From: Patescibacteria group bacterium
GTDB lineage: Bacteria; Patescibacteriota; Saccharimonadia; CAILAD01; JADZBC01
Assembly: GCA_052034495.1 (NCBI GenBank)
Contig: JBPOIL010000003.1
Coordinates: forward strand, 18,345-82,344
Length of the DNA: 64,000 nucleotides
Reading direction: 5' to 3'
Shown: in pieces, positions 43,544-51,403 of the stretch
Layout: every line of letters starts with the position of its first letter
How positions within the stretch are numbered: the first letter of the stretch is position 1
Translations under genes and position numbers: made by a program
Notes under the pieces: model-generated
The model's input: only the letters and a program-made list of their open reading frames with translations
What the model was told of the DNA's origin: nothing
The model's database searches: none

Positions 43544-44233
43544 ATGGAGCTGACAAGCATGGAGAAAAGACGGCGGGCTTGGGCCGCAGAGCAGGACCCA
43601 CCACTGGTCACAGTGCAACAGGTGGCCGAGATGCTGGGTCACCAGCGCGGTACGTACGTGCGGCGGATCATGGCACATTACGAGGTCCCTCATCTGCTCT
43701 CTGACTCCAGGGACGCGGATTTCCGAGAGGGCGACGGCTACTATCCATTGCTGGAGGCTCGAGCCGCAGTGGGTAAGTACTTGGTCGATAGGCCACGTAT
43801 GCCCGGTACCCGAACCGCTGGTCCGAAGCCGGCAAGTGCGCTTACCCGCCTGGGTGGCGTGACTGTGCCGTTGTCGGCTCCGCACGGTTGGACCCTCGAT
43901 CAGCTCAAAATCTGCTGGAAGGATTCCCCAGACATGCGGGGCGTCGTTGAGCAGATCTACGAGCGTTGTCCGTCCTTTACGCAACTGACCTTCGAGGAGG
44001 CCAAGGCCTTGGTTGTGGACTTGGCGCAACCAGACATGGCCCCGCAGCTGATGCATCCGCCCTACGAGCGAAGCGACTTCATGCGGGCCGCGAGAGAGCT
44101 GACTCGCGGCAAGCCGGATGAGCTCGCGCAGCTGACGAGGGTGTTGGAGGGCAAGTTCCACCTGCGCAACTTCTGCAGGATCAACCCGGGTCCGGCCGTG
44201 GCCGTCGTCCTCGAGCTCCTGCGCAGCAAGTAG
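43544..44233 (+). CDS. High-GC islet gene: 229-aa protein with an N-terminal HTH (excisionase/AlpA-like)
   Basis: RBS AGGAG; LVTVQQVAEMLGHQRGTYVRRIMA helix-turn-helix; terminator at 44266-44299. Confidence 0.5.
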   Translation: MELTSMEKRRRAWAAEQDPPLVTVQQVAEMLGHQRGTYVRRIMAHYEVPHLLSDSRDADFREGDGYYPLLEARAAVGKYLVDRPRMPGTRTAGPKPASALTRLGGVTVPLSAPHGWTLDQLKICWKDSPDMRGVVEQIYERCPSFTQLTFEEAKALVVDLAQPDMAPQLMHPPYERSDFMRAARELTRGKPDELAQLTRVLEGKFHLRNFCRINPGPAVAVVLELLRSK

Positions 44234-44302
44234 CGCCGACAACCGAATAAGGGAAGTTCTTCACTCCCCTGGCGAATCACCGCCAGGGGGTTCGTTTTTA
44301 CA

Positions 44303-44338
44303 CAAACAAAAGCACCTCCCCGAAGGCAGGTGCTTTTG
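44303..44338. terminator. Bidirectional terminator (AAAA, GCACCT, ccccgaaggc loop, AGGTGC, then TTTT)
   Basis: Flanked by an A-run and a T-run; sits between the convergent genes 43544-44233 (+) and 44367-44858 (-). Confidence 0.45.
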
Positions 44339-44366
44339 CACTGCCCCCGAAGAGGTGTGGTGCCGG

Positions 44367-44858
44367 CTAGGCCAGCTGACCGACGAGAACTCTCGATGGC
44401 TCTTCGTCGAAGTGGTACTTGGCATCGGCCACGATGAACCCGAGCTCTCGAGTCAGAAAGCTCCCGATCTTGTGCTGGCCCGGATTCGGGATCAGCTCTT
44501 GCTGGTATGCCTCGTCCATGGTGGCCAAGAACGCTTCTCGCAGCAAGTTCCTCATGTTCGGCTGCATGCCGTCCACGAAGAACCGAGCCGCTGCATGTGG
44601 TGCCAGTTCAGGACTGCTCGCGTCGATCCGGCCAAGGATCTTCAGCAGGATGTCGATGACACCCGATGTGTAGCTCTCCCAGGTCTTCTCGCGGAAGTTC
44701 TCCGTGATGATGCGGTACGCCGCCGCCTTGTTGTCCGGACTCATGCCAGACTTGATCACCCTCAGCCCAAGGGCAAGGGCGTTCCAGTCAATGGACAGTT
44801 CAGGCGCCTTTGCGGGCGCCATGGTTGCTGTGGTCACAATGATCCTTTCAGGAATCAT
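44367..44858 (-). CDS. High-GC islet gene: ~155-163-aa hypothetical protein
   Basis: High GC3 on the minus strand. Start ambiguous between the track ATG at 44858 and an ATG about 12 codons downstream. Confidence 0.45.
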   Translation of the reverse strand: MIPERIIVTTATMAPAKAPELSIDWNALALGLRVIKSGMSPDNKAAAYRIITENFREKTWESYTSGVIDILLKILGRIDASSPELAPHAAARFFVDGMQPNMRNLLREAFLATMDEAYQQELIPNPGQHKIGSFLTRELGFIVADAKYHFDEEPSRVLVGQLA

Positions 44859-44984
44859 AGTCGGATTCGAACCGTATTATTATAACCTAATATTTCGACA
44901 ATTACAACTTAGTGTTGGGTTAAAACGAAAACCATCCCCCCGAAGGATGGATAATTTCCGTCCTCGGGAGGATGTTGGCCGGCC

Positions 44985-45369
44985 CCCTACACGTAGGTAC
45001 CGGAGAACTCGCCGGCGGCGTCGAGCAGCGCGGCTGCCAGGTTGCCCAACGCGAGCTTGGCGACCCACTCGTTGGCCTCACTGGTGTGGCCCAGGACCTC
45101 TCGGTCCATGACCTTCTGTAGGGCGTCGACCCCATGATGCCAGCGATGATCTCGGTCGGCATGTCGTGACCTGCCATGTCGATCTCGTAGCGCTGCAGGT
45201 CGTTCATGACGTTCGCCTCCTCCCCTTCCGGGAAGGATGCCACGAGCTCTGCCCTGACCAACAGGCCGCTGCCCTTGATCTCGAAGATCTTGATCAGCGG
45301 CTGGTGGTGCTCGCAGAAGTGCCCTTCGATGTGGACCTGGAATTCGGGTACTGCGGTTGCATCTGCCAT
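44985..45369 (-). pseudogene. High-GC islet gene (~127 aa) interrupted by a frameshift at a G4 homopolymer
   Basis: ATG at 45367-45369 with RBS AGGAGAGACAG. The frame reads MADATAVPEFQVHIEGHFCEHHQPLIKIFEIKGSG...EIIAGIMG with high GC3. At GGGG (45130-45133 on the coding strand) the high-GC3, protein-like continuation (VDALQKVMDREVLGHTSEANEWVAKLALGNLAAALLDAAGEFSGTYV*) moves to another frame, while the original frame becomes P/S/R/W-rich. One extra G would restore the reading frame. Confidence 0.45.
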
Positions 45370-45444
45370 CTGTCTCTCCTGGATTGATTCGGGTGTGGCG
45401 AATGGGATTACAAGTATACGAGGATAATTAGAATATGTCAATAC

Positions 45445-45466
45445 TTACAAACAGAAATTTGTAAGC
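45445..45466. promoter_or_regulatory. Perfect 8-bp inverted repeat CTTACAAA, 6-nt spacer, TTTGTAAG: operator-like site or islet boundary
   Basis: Located at the low-GC edge of the high-GC islet, about 30 nt upstream of an extended -10 (TGGTGTATAAT) for the HIT gene. Confidence 0.3.
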
Positions 45467-45491
45467 GTCTAGGGGCTCCGTCTGCTAGCTG

Positions 45492-45923
45492 GTGTATAAT
45501 AATTCCATGTTTCACTATCCCAAAACTCGCAAAGAGTATAAAAAGCACTTGCGACCCGCGTCTTGCCCATTCTGCAATGTAGAAGAACTCAAGCAGCGCA
45601 AGTTTATTGAGACCGAGCACGCCTATATCGTCCCGAATAAAACCTCATACGACTTATGGGAGGCTCGTGATGTTAGGGACCACCTGCTGGTACTTCCTAA
45701 AAGGCATGTACTTAAGCTTTCAGAGTTAACTGCCGAAGAGGCTGCAGACTTGATGAAGATTTTCGCTGAATACGAGGCGAAGGGCTACAACGTCTACGCT
45801 CGTGGCGTGAACAGCACCATGCGTTCCGTGCCCCATCAACATACTCATCTAATTAAGACGAGCCCTAAAGAGCATCATGGTACGGTGTTTATACGCAAGC
45901 CATACATGTTCTTCAAGTTTTAA
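45492..45923 (+). CDS. HIT (histidine triad) family hydrolase
   Basis: HQHTHLI is the HxHxHxx triad; 143 aa. Confidence 0.75.
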   Translation: MYNNSMFHYPKTRKEYKKHLRPASCPFCNVEELKQRKFIETEHAYIVPNKTSYDLWEARDVRDHLLVLPKRHVLKLSELTAEEAADLMKIFAEYEAKGYNVYARGVNSTMRSVPHQHTHLIKTSPKEHHGTVFIRKPYMFFKF

Positions 45924-46111
45924 CACAGAAGGCTCCACTCAGATTTAAAATAATTGCTGGTGATCCCGACGGGATTACTATGAGTATAACTTTCTCAGGT
46001 ACTCGAAATTCATTCCTGCGCGCCTTCGTAGTTATCGTCCCCACTTCGTAGGCCAGTGTCGTTGTCGCGTCAGCCATGAAAAAAGCCCCAGGCAAGCTGA
46101 GGCGCTTTTCA

Positions 46112-46187
46112 TGGTGATCCCGGTGGGATTCGAACCCACGATCTTCTGGATGAGAACCAGATATCCTAACCACTAGACGACGGGACC
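46112..46187 (-). tRNA. tRNA-Glu (anticodon CUC) with encoded CCA
   Basis: The reverse complement GGTCCCGTCGTCTAGTGGTTAGGATATCTGGTTCTCATCCAGAAGATCGTGGGTTCGAATCCCACCGGGATCACCA folds as a cloverleaf; anticodon loop UUCUCAU. The track ORF 45913-46194 overlapping it is spurious. Confidence 0.85.
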
Positions 46188-46245
46188 TCGTCACAAAAAT
46201 AACCCGATAATCTTAGCATTTTTCCATATAAACTTCAATTCTGGC

Positions 46246-46275
46246 TTGACGTACCGCCTACCAATTTCGTATTAT
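46246..46275 (+). promoter_or_regulatory. Promoter upstream of nrdA (TTGACG, 17-18 nt spacer, TATTAT)
   Basis: -35 at 46246-46251 and -10 at about 46270-46275; a second TTGACG (46331-36) / TATAGT (46354-59) pair overlaps the NrdR-box-like palindrome. Confidence 0.35.
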
Positions 46276-46345
46276 GTTCGTAAGTAATGTGTGTGCAAAG
46301 AAAATCTACAGAAAAACACGTGTGGTGGTGTTGACGACAGCTTAA

Positions 46346-46361
46346 CCACTATATATAGTGT
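46346..46361. promoter_or_regulatory. NrdR-box-like 16-bp palindrome (CCACTATATATAGTGT) upstream of nrdAB
   Basis: 14/16 match to the NrdR operator consensus acaCwAtATaTwGtgt, with a perfect CACTATAT/ATATAGTG palindrome overlapping the -10 of the proximal promoter, 36 nt before the nrdA ATG. Confidence 0.45.
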
Positions 46362-46396
46362 TTATCATAACAATACAAACACTAAGGAGGGTGAGG

Positions 46397-49099
46397 ATGA
46401 GTTTTTCGCAAATAAAAAAGCGCAATGGTGCCGTAGTAGATTTTGATGCCACCAGGATAGAAGTTGCCATCGGTAAAGCGAGCCAAGCAGCCGGCGGCGA
46501 GGTACCAAGCGAAGACGTAGTTCTGCTCGTAGAGTCCGTGGTATCAAACCTAGAAACCATGTTTGCCGAAGGCACACCCGACGTTGAAGCCATCCAAGAC
46601 CTCGTAGAACAAGAACTTATGCGTAGTGGCCATTATCAAACCGCTAGAACGTACATTGTATACCGAGATACGCGCCAAGCTGCGCGCGAAGCTGCAGAGC
46701 GGGACAGCGCGAACCGTCTTGAACACAGCGAGCTACGCATTATTGGCAAGGATGGCAGCGAAGATACTTTTAGCTACGCTCGGCTTATAAAGGATCTACT
46801 AGTTGCCGCAGATGGCCTAGACAAGGACGTGGACGTCGATGAGCTAGCTCAAGCCGTTAAGACTAACCTCTATGACGGGATGAGCACCGCAGAGCTTGAG
46901 GATGCTATGATCATGGCCACAAAAGCCTACATAGAACGGGACAAGGCTTACTCACTACTGGCCTCTCGCTTACTCATGCGCAAACTGTACCGTGAAGTCC
47001 TAACTATAAAGACGGGGCAAGATCCGATTGAGCAATACCGCGCTCAATTCCCCGACTTTGTTAAGAATGCCGTGGCGACCAAGCGTCTAGACAAGAGAAT
47101 GCTTGATTTTGACATGGACAAGCTGACTGCAGCGCTCGACCTAGAACGCGACAACTTGCTTGATTACATGGGTTTGCACGTCCTGTACGGCAACTACTTT
47201 CTGCGAACTGCTGAGCGTAAAGACGTATTGGAGCTGCCACAGTACTTCTGGATGCGCGTGGCTATGGGGATGGCGATTTTGGAAAAGAAAGACAAGACCG
47301 ACTGGGCAATCAAATTCTACGATGTCCTCTCTAGCTTGCGCTATGTAACGTCTAGCCCTACCCTGTTCAACTCTGGCACGAACTTCTCCCAGCTAAGCTC
47401 GTGTTTTCTCAACACAGTCGAGGACGATTTAAAGCATATCTATAAGGTGTATCTGGATACCGCGTTGATGTCTAAGTTCTCCGGCGGGATTGCAACTGAC
47501 TGGACAAACATTCGTGCTACGGGGGCACAGATTAAGACTGTAGATGTAGCCAGCCAGGGCGTGGTGCCGTTCCTGAAGATCGCTAATGATTCTACTGTGG
47601 CTATTGCTCGTAGTGGACGCCGCATTGGGGCTACTGCAGTCTACTTGGAATCATGGCATTTGGATATCGAGGACTTCCTAGAATTGCGAAAGAACACTGG
47701 TGACGAACGCCGCAGAACCCACGACATAAACACTGCCAATTGGATCCCTGACTTGTTTATGAAACGAGTAGAAAGCGATGGCGAATGGACTCTCTTCTCG
47801 CCTGACGAAACTCCGGACTTGCACGACCTCTACGGCAAAGCATTCGAAAAGCGCTATATTCAGTACGAAAAGATGGCGGACAAGGGCGAAGTAAAACTCT
47901 TTAAACGCGTACCGGCGGGGAGTCTGTGGCGTAAAATGCTCTCAATGCTCTTTGAAACTGGCCACCCTTGGATTACGTTCAAAGATCCAAGTAACTTGCG
48001 ATCACCGCAGGACCATGTGGGTGTGGTCCATAATTCAAACCTTTGCACGGAGATCACCTTAAATAACTCCAGAGATGAGACTGCCGTGTGCAACCTAGGC
48101 TCAGTCAACCTGGCGCGGCACATGAAGGGCGGCAAGCTGGACGGAGAATTGATCAAAGAAACCGTAGCGAGCGCCGTGAGAATGCTCGATAACGTAATCG
48201 ACATTTGCTACTACGTAACCAAGGAGACAGAGCGCGCCAATATGAACCACCGTCCAGTTGGACTGGGTATCATGGGGCATCAAGACGCCCTCTATATGCA
48301 GGATATAGACTTTGCCTCAGACGCTGCAGTGGAGTTCGCCGATGAAAGCATGGAGCTTATTTCCTACTACGCCATCCTGGCTTCGAGCGAGCTGGCCAAG
48401 GAACGCGGAGCTTACAAGACCTTCAAGGGCTCAAAATGGGATCGTAACATCTTCCCTGTTGACACTCTGGACATCCTTGAGCGAGAGCGCGGAATTAAAC
48501 TTGATATACCCCGCAAAGGCAAATTGGACTGGAAGCCAGTACGTGATGCGGTAAAGAAGCATGGCATGCGCAATTCGAACGTCATGGCCATAGCCCCAAC
48601 TGCTTCTATTGCCAACGTAGCTGGCTGCACGCCATGCATCGAGCCAATCTACAAGAACCTCTATGCAAAGTCGAACATGAGCGGCGACTTCACAGTACTA
48701 AACGGTTATTTGATCGACGATCTGAAGAAGCTCGGCCTGTGGGACCAGACTATGCTCAACAAGATTAAATACTATGACGGTAGTATCCAGCAGATCGAAG
48801 AAATCCCAGCCACTATCCGTGCAAAGTATAAAGAGGTTTTTGAAATCGAACCCGAGTGGCTCATTAAGGCCGCCGCGTACCGAGGCAAATGGATAGATCA
48901 GAGCCAGTCGCTCAACATCTATATGAGAGGTGTATCGGGCAAGAAGCTTTCGGACGCCTATGTATATGCTTGGCGTATGGGTCTTAAGACCACCTACTAC
49001 TTGCGAACTCTTGCAGCATCTCAGGTGGAAAAATCTACCGTTAACACGACCGAGTTCGGCGCGACTCATAAACGTGATTTTGCAGAAAAAACAAACTAA
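46397..49099 (+). CDS. nrdA: Ribonucleoside-diphosphate reductase alpha subunit (class I, with N-terminal ATP-cone)
   Basis: RBS AAGGAGGGTGAGG before the ATG at 46397; ATP-cone MSFSQIKKRNGAVVDFDATRIEVAIGKA; about 900 aa RNR large-subunit core; followed by nrdB. Confidence 0.9.
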   Translation: MSFSQIKKRNGAVVDFDATRIEVAIGKASQAAGGEVPSEDVVLLVESVVSNLETMFAEGTPDVEAIQDLVEQELMRSGHYQTARTYIVYRDTRQAAREAAERDSANRLEHSELRIIGKDGSEDTFSYARLIKDLLVAADGLDKDVDVDELAQAVKTNLYDGMSTAELEDAMIMATKAYIERDKAYSLLASRLLMRKLYREVLTIKTGQDPIEQYRAQFPDFVKNAVATKRLDKRMLDFDMDKLTAALDLERDNLLDYMGLHVLYGNYFLRTAERKDVLELPQYFWMRVAMGMAILEKKDKTDWAIKFYDVLSSLRYVTSSPTLFNSGTNFSQLSSCFLNTVEDDLKHIYKVYLDTALMSKFSGGIATDWTNIRATGAQIKTVDVASQGVVPFLKIANDSTVAIARSGRRIGATAVYLESWHLDIEDFLELRKNTGDERRRTHDINTANWIPDLFMKRVESDGEWTLFSPDETPDLHDLYGKAFEKRYIQYEKMADKGEVKLFKRVPAGSLWRKMLSMLFETGHPWITFKDPSNLRSPQDHVGVVHNSNLCTEITLNNSRDETAVCNLGSVNLARHMKGGKLDGELIKETVASAVRMLDNVIDICYYVTKETERANMNHRPVGLGIMGHQDALYMQDIDFASDAAVEFADESMELISYYAILASSELAKERGAYKTFKGSKWDRNIFPVDTLDILERERGIKLDIPRKGKLDWKPVRDAVKKHGMRNSNVMAIAPTASIANVAGCTPCIEPIYKNLYAKSNMSGDFTVLNGYLIDDLKKLGLWDQTMLNKIKYYDGSIQQIEEIPATIRAKYKEVFEIEPEWLIKAAAYRGKWIDQSQSLNIYMRGVSGKKLSDAYVYAWRMGLKTTYYLRTLAASQVEKSTVNTTEFGATHKRDFAEKTN

Positions 49100-49111
49100 G
49101 GAGACCCAGCC

Positions 49112-50146
49112 ATGCCTATAACGCAGACCAAAGAACGAATTGACATCAATAAACGCCGTATCATTAACGGAGCCGACGCAGATGTAATGCAGCTACATCC
49201 CATGAAGCACACCTTTGCCTGGGACGCCTACAATGCCGGCAATGCCAACCATTGGTTGCCGACCGAGATCGCGATGCAAGACGACATAGAGCTCTGGAAA
49301 TCCACTCGGCTTAGTGAGGATGAACGGAGGGCGCTTAAGACAGTGCTGGGATTCTTTACCACGGCGGATTCGATTGCTGCAAACAACATCGTGCTCGCAC
49401 TGTACAAGCACATTACCTCGCCCGAGTGCCGCATGTATTTGCTGCGCCAAGCGTACGAAGAGGCGATCCATACGCATGCCTATCAGTATATTGTAGAAAG
49501 TCTTGGTCTAGATGGTGCGGAAATATTCAATATGTACCGAGAGAACGCCGCTATATACAGTAAGGCTTCCTTCATACTCAGTTTTAATGAGGGTATATTT
49601 GACGACGGATTCAAGACTGGGACTTTTGAGGCAGATCAGAAGTTTCTCGAAAACTTGTGCGTGTTTTCGCTGATTCTGGAGGGTATATTCTTCTACAGTT
49701 CGTTTGCTGTCATGTTCGGATTCCAGCGCCAGAATAAGATGACAGGTTCAGCCGAGCAAATACAGTACATCATGCGTGACGAATCGCAGCATCTCAACTT
49801 CGGTATTAACATGATAAACACCATTAAAGAAGAGCAGCCCGAGCTCTGGACGCCAGAGTTTGCAGAACACATCACAAAGCTTGTGCGAGATGCTGCTAAG
49901 CTAGAGTACACATACGCCGCAGAGGTCTTTCCTCACGGGATATTCGGTATGAATGCTGCTGGGTTTAAGCAGTACATTGAGCACATTGCAGACAGGCGAC
50001 TACAGACTGTCGGTCTGGCCCCTCAATTCAATGTAAAGAATCCTTTCCCGTGGATGAGCGAGGCAGTCGATCTAACGAAGGAAAAGAACTTCTTCGAAAC
50101 CCGCGTGACCGAGTACCAGACTGGCGGCGCGCTCAGCTGGGATTAA
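49112..50146 (+). CDS. nrdB: Ribonucleoside-diphosphate reductase beta subunit (class I R2)
   Basis: Di-iron ligands EEAIHTHAY and DESQHLNFG; 344 aa; 12 nt after nrdA. Confidence 0.9.
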   Translation: MPITQTKERIDINKRRIINGADADVMQLHPMKHTFAWDAYNAGNANHWLPTEIAMQDDIELWKSTRLSEDERRALKTVLGFFTTADSIAANNIVLALYKHITSPECRMYLLRQAYEEAIHTHAYQYIVESLGLDGAEIFNMYRENAAIYSKASFILSFNEGIFDDGFKTGTFEADQKFLENLCVFSLILEGIFFYSSFAVMFGFQRQNKMTGSAEQIQYIMRDESQHLNFGINMINTIKEEQPELWTPEFAEHITKLVRDAAKLEYTYAAEVFPHGIFGMNAAGFKQYIEHIADRRLQTVGLAPQFNVKNPFPWMSEAVDLTKEKNFFETRVTEYQTGGALSWD

Positions 50147-50188
50147 GCCCTACTTGGCAGCCGCTCGAAACCGTATTGTGCTAGAATA

Positions 50189-51400
50189 GTGCTAAAGGTT
50201 ACCCCTATGCCAAAAGACCCAAAGAGAAAAATAGATACCCCTAAAGACTCCTTGCAGGCAGGCAAAAAGCCAGTCGTCGTCGTCGGGCCGAAAGCGCCAA
50301 AAGCAGACATCGTCATCGACGAAGCGGAGTCGAAGAGTAAGCAGAAGTTCCTTACTAAGCGCAAGGTAGTAATTGCACTTGGAATTCTTGTCGCACTACT
50401 TGTCGTGGCAGCTACTGCCTGGGCTTTGCTCTCTCGCCCCGAAGCACCCACTAAACAGAGGGCGGTTAGCAAAACACTAAGGACGCCTCCGAAACCAAAA
50501 ACTGCGCCAAGTCCTCTGACTGGAGTCGAAGTGCCGCCTGAGCTTGCTGATAATCCAGTAGTTTCGGTGGTAATCGAAAACCTCTATCCAAGCGCAAGAC
50601 CTCAGTCTGGGCTTTCGTCTGCGGGGATCGTTTATGAAGCACTCGCCGAAGGGGGCATAACCAGGTACCAAGCATTCTTTGGCGATACTATGCCGCTAGA
50701 TGTAGGCCCTGTGCGTAGTTTGCGTACATTCTTTGTGCGCTGGGGCCTTGAGTATGACGCCCCCGTGGTGCACGCGGGCGGGAACATCGATGCACTCGAC
50801 TTGATTAGGCCGCTCGGCATGAAGGATCTAGATCAGTTTGCAAATGGTGGCTACTTTCGTCGTATACCTACGCGCTATGCACCACACAACCTATACACAA
50901 CTGGCGCACAGCTTGAAAAGCTTATGCAGGCTAGAAGTTATTATTCCGAGCCTACATTTGCACCGTGGCTACGTAAGGGTGACAAAAAGGTTGCGGCACC
51001 AACGGCATCGAGCATTACAATTGATCCCTCGTATCCAGATTATAGAGTAACCTATTCGTATGACCCGGCAAGCAATAGCTACACTCGCTCCATACGAGGA
51101 GTGGCAGACATTGATGCTAGTGGCAATGTGCAGATAAAGCCCAAGAATGTTGTAGTCCTGAAGGCAGCCACTACTTATGGGACTACGAGAGCAAATACTC
51201 AGGCAGTATATACCCAGACGGTCGGCAGCGGCTCGGGAGTGATATTTATGGATGGCCAGGCTACCGAAATAACTTGGCGCAAGCCGAGTGACAAAGCTCG
51301 TACCCAATTCTATGATGCCGCTGGCAAAGAAGTTGCCCTAAATCGTGGCCAAACTTGGGTCACGGTTATTCCTCTGGAGAAAAGTGTAAGTTATAAGTAG
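50189..51400 (+). CDS. DUF3048-like (YerB-type) membrane-anchored extracytoplasmic protein
   Basis: N-terminal TM anchor followed by SVVIENLYPSARPQSGLSSAGIVYEALAEGGITRYQAFF, characteristic of DUF3048. Confidence 0.55.
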   Translation: MLKVTPMPKDPKRKIDTPKDSLQAGKKPVVVVGPKAPKADIVIDEAESKSKQKFLTKRKVVIALGILVALLVVAATAWALLSRPEAPTKQRAVSKTLRTPPKPKTAPSPLTGVEVPPELADNPVVSVVIENLYPSARPQSGLSSAGIVYEALAEGGITRYQAFFGDTMPLDVGPVRSLRTFFVRWGLEYDAPVVHAGGNIDALDLIRPLGMKDLDQFANGGYFRRIPTRYAPHNLYTTGAQLEKLMQARSYYSEPTFAPWLRKGDKKVAAPTASSITIDPSYPDYRVTYSYDPASNSYTRSIRGVADIDASGNVQIKPKNVVVLKAATTYGTTRANTQAVYTQTVGSGSGVIFMDGQATEITWRKPSDKARTQFYDAAGKEVALNRGQTWVTVIPLEKSVSYK

Positions 51401-51403
51401 TCA

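Noticed and set aside
23925-46100. Prophage or ICE with an integrase adjacent to tRNA-Glu
   Set aside because: No tyrosine or serine recombinase, capsid, terminase or relaxase motif was found. Only an excisionase-like HTH gene is present, so only remnants can be claimed.
45913-46194. 93-aa minus-strand ORF
   Set aside because: It overlaps the tRNA-Glu gene and its terminator region, so it is spurious.
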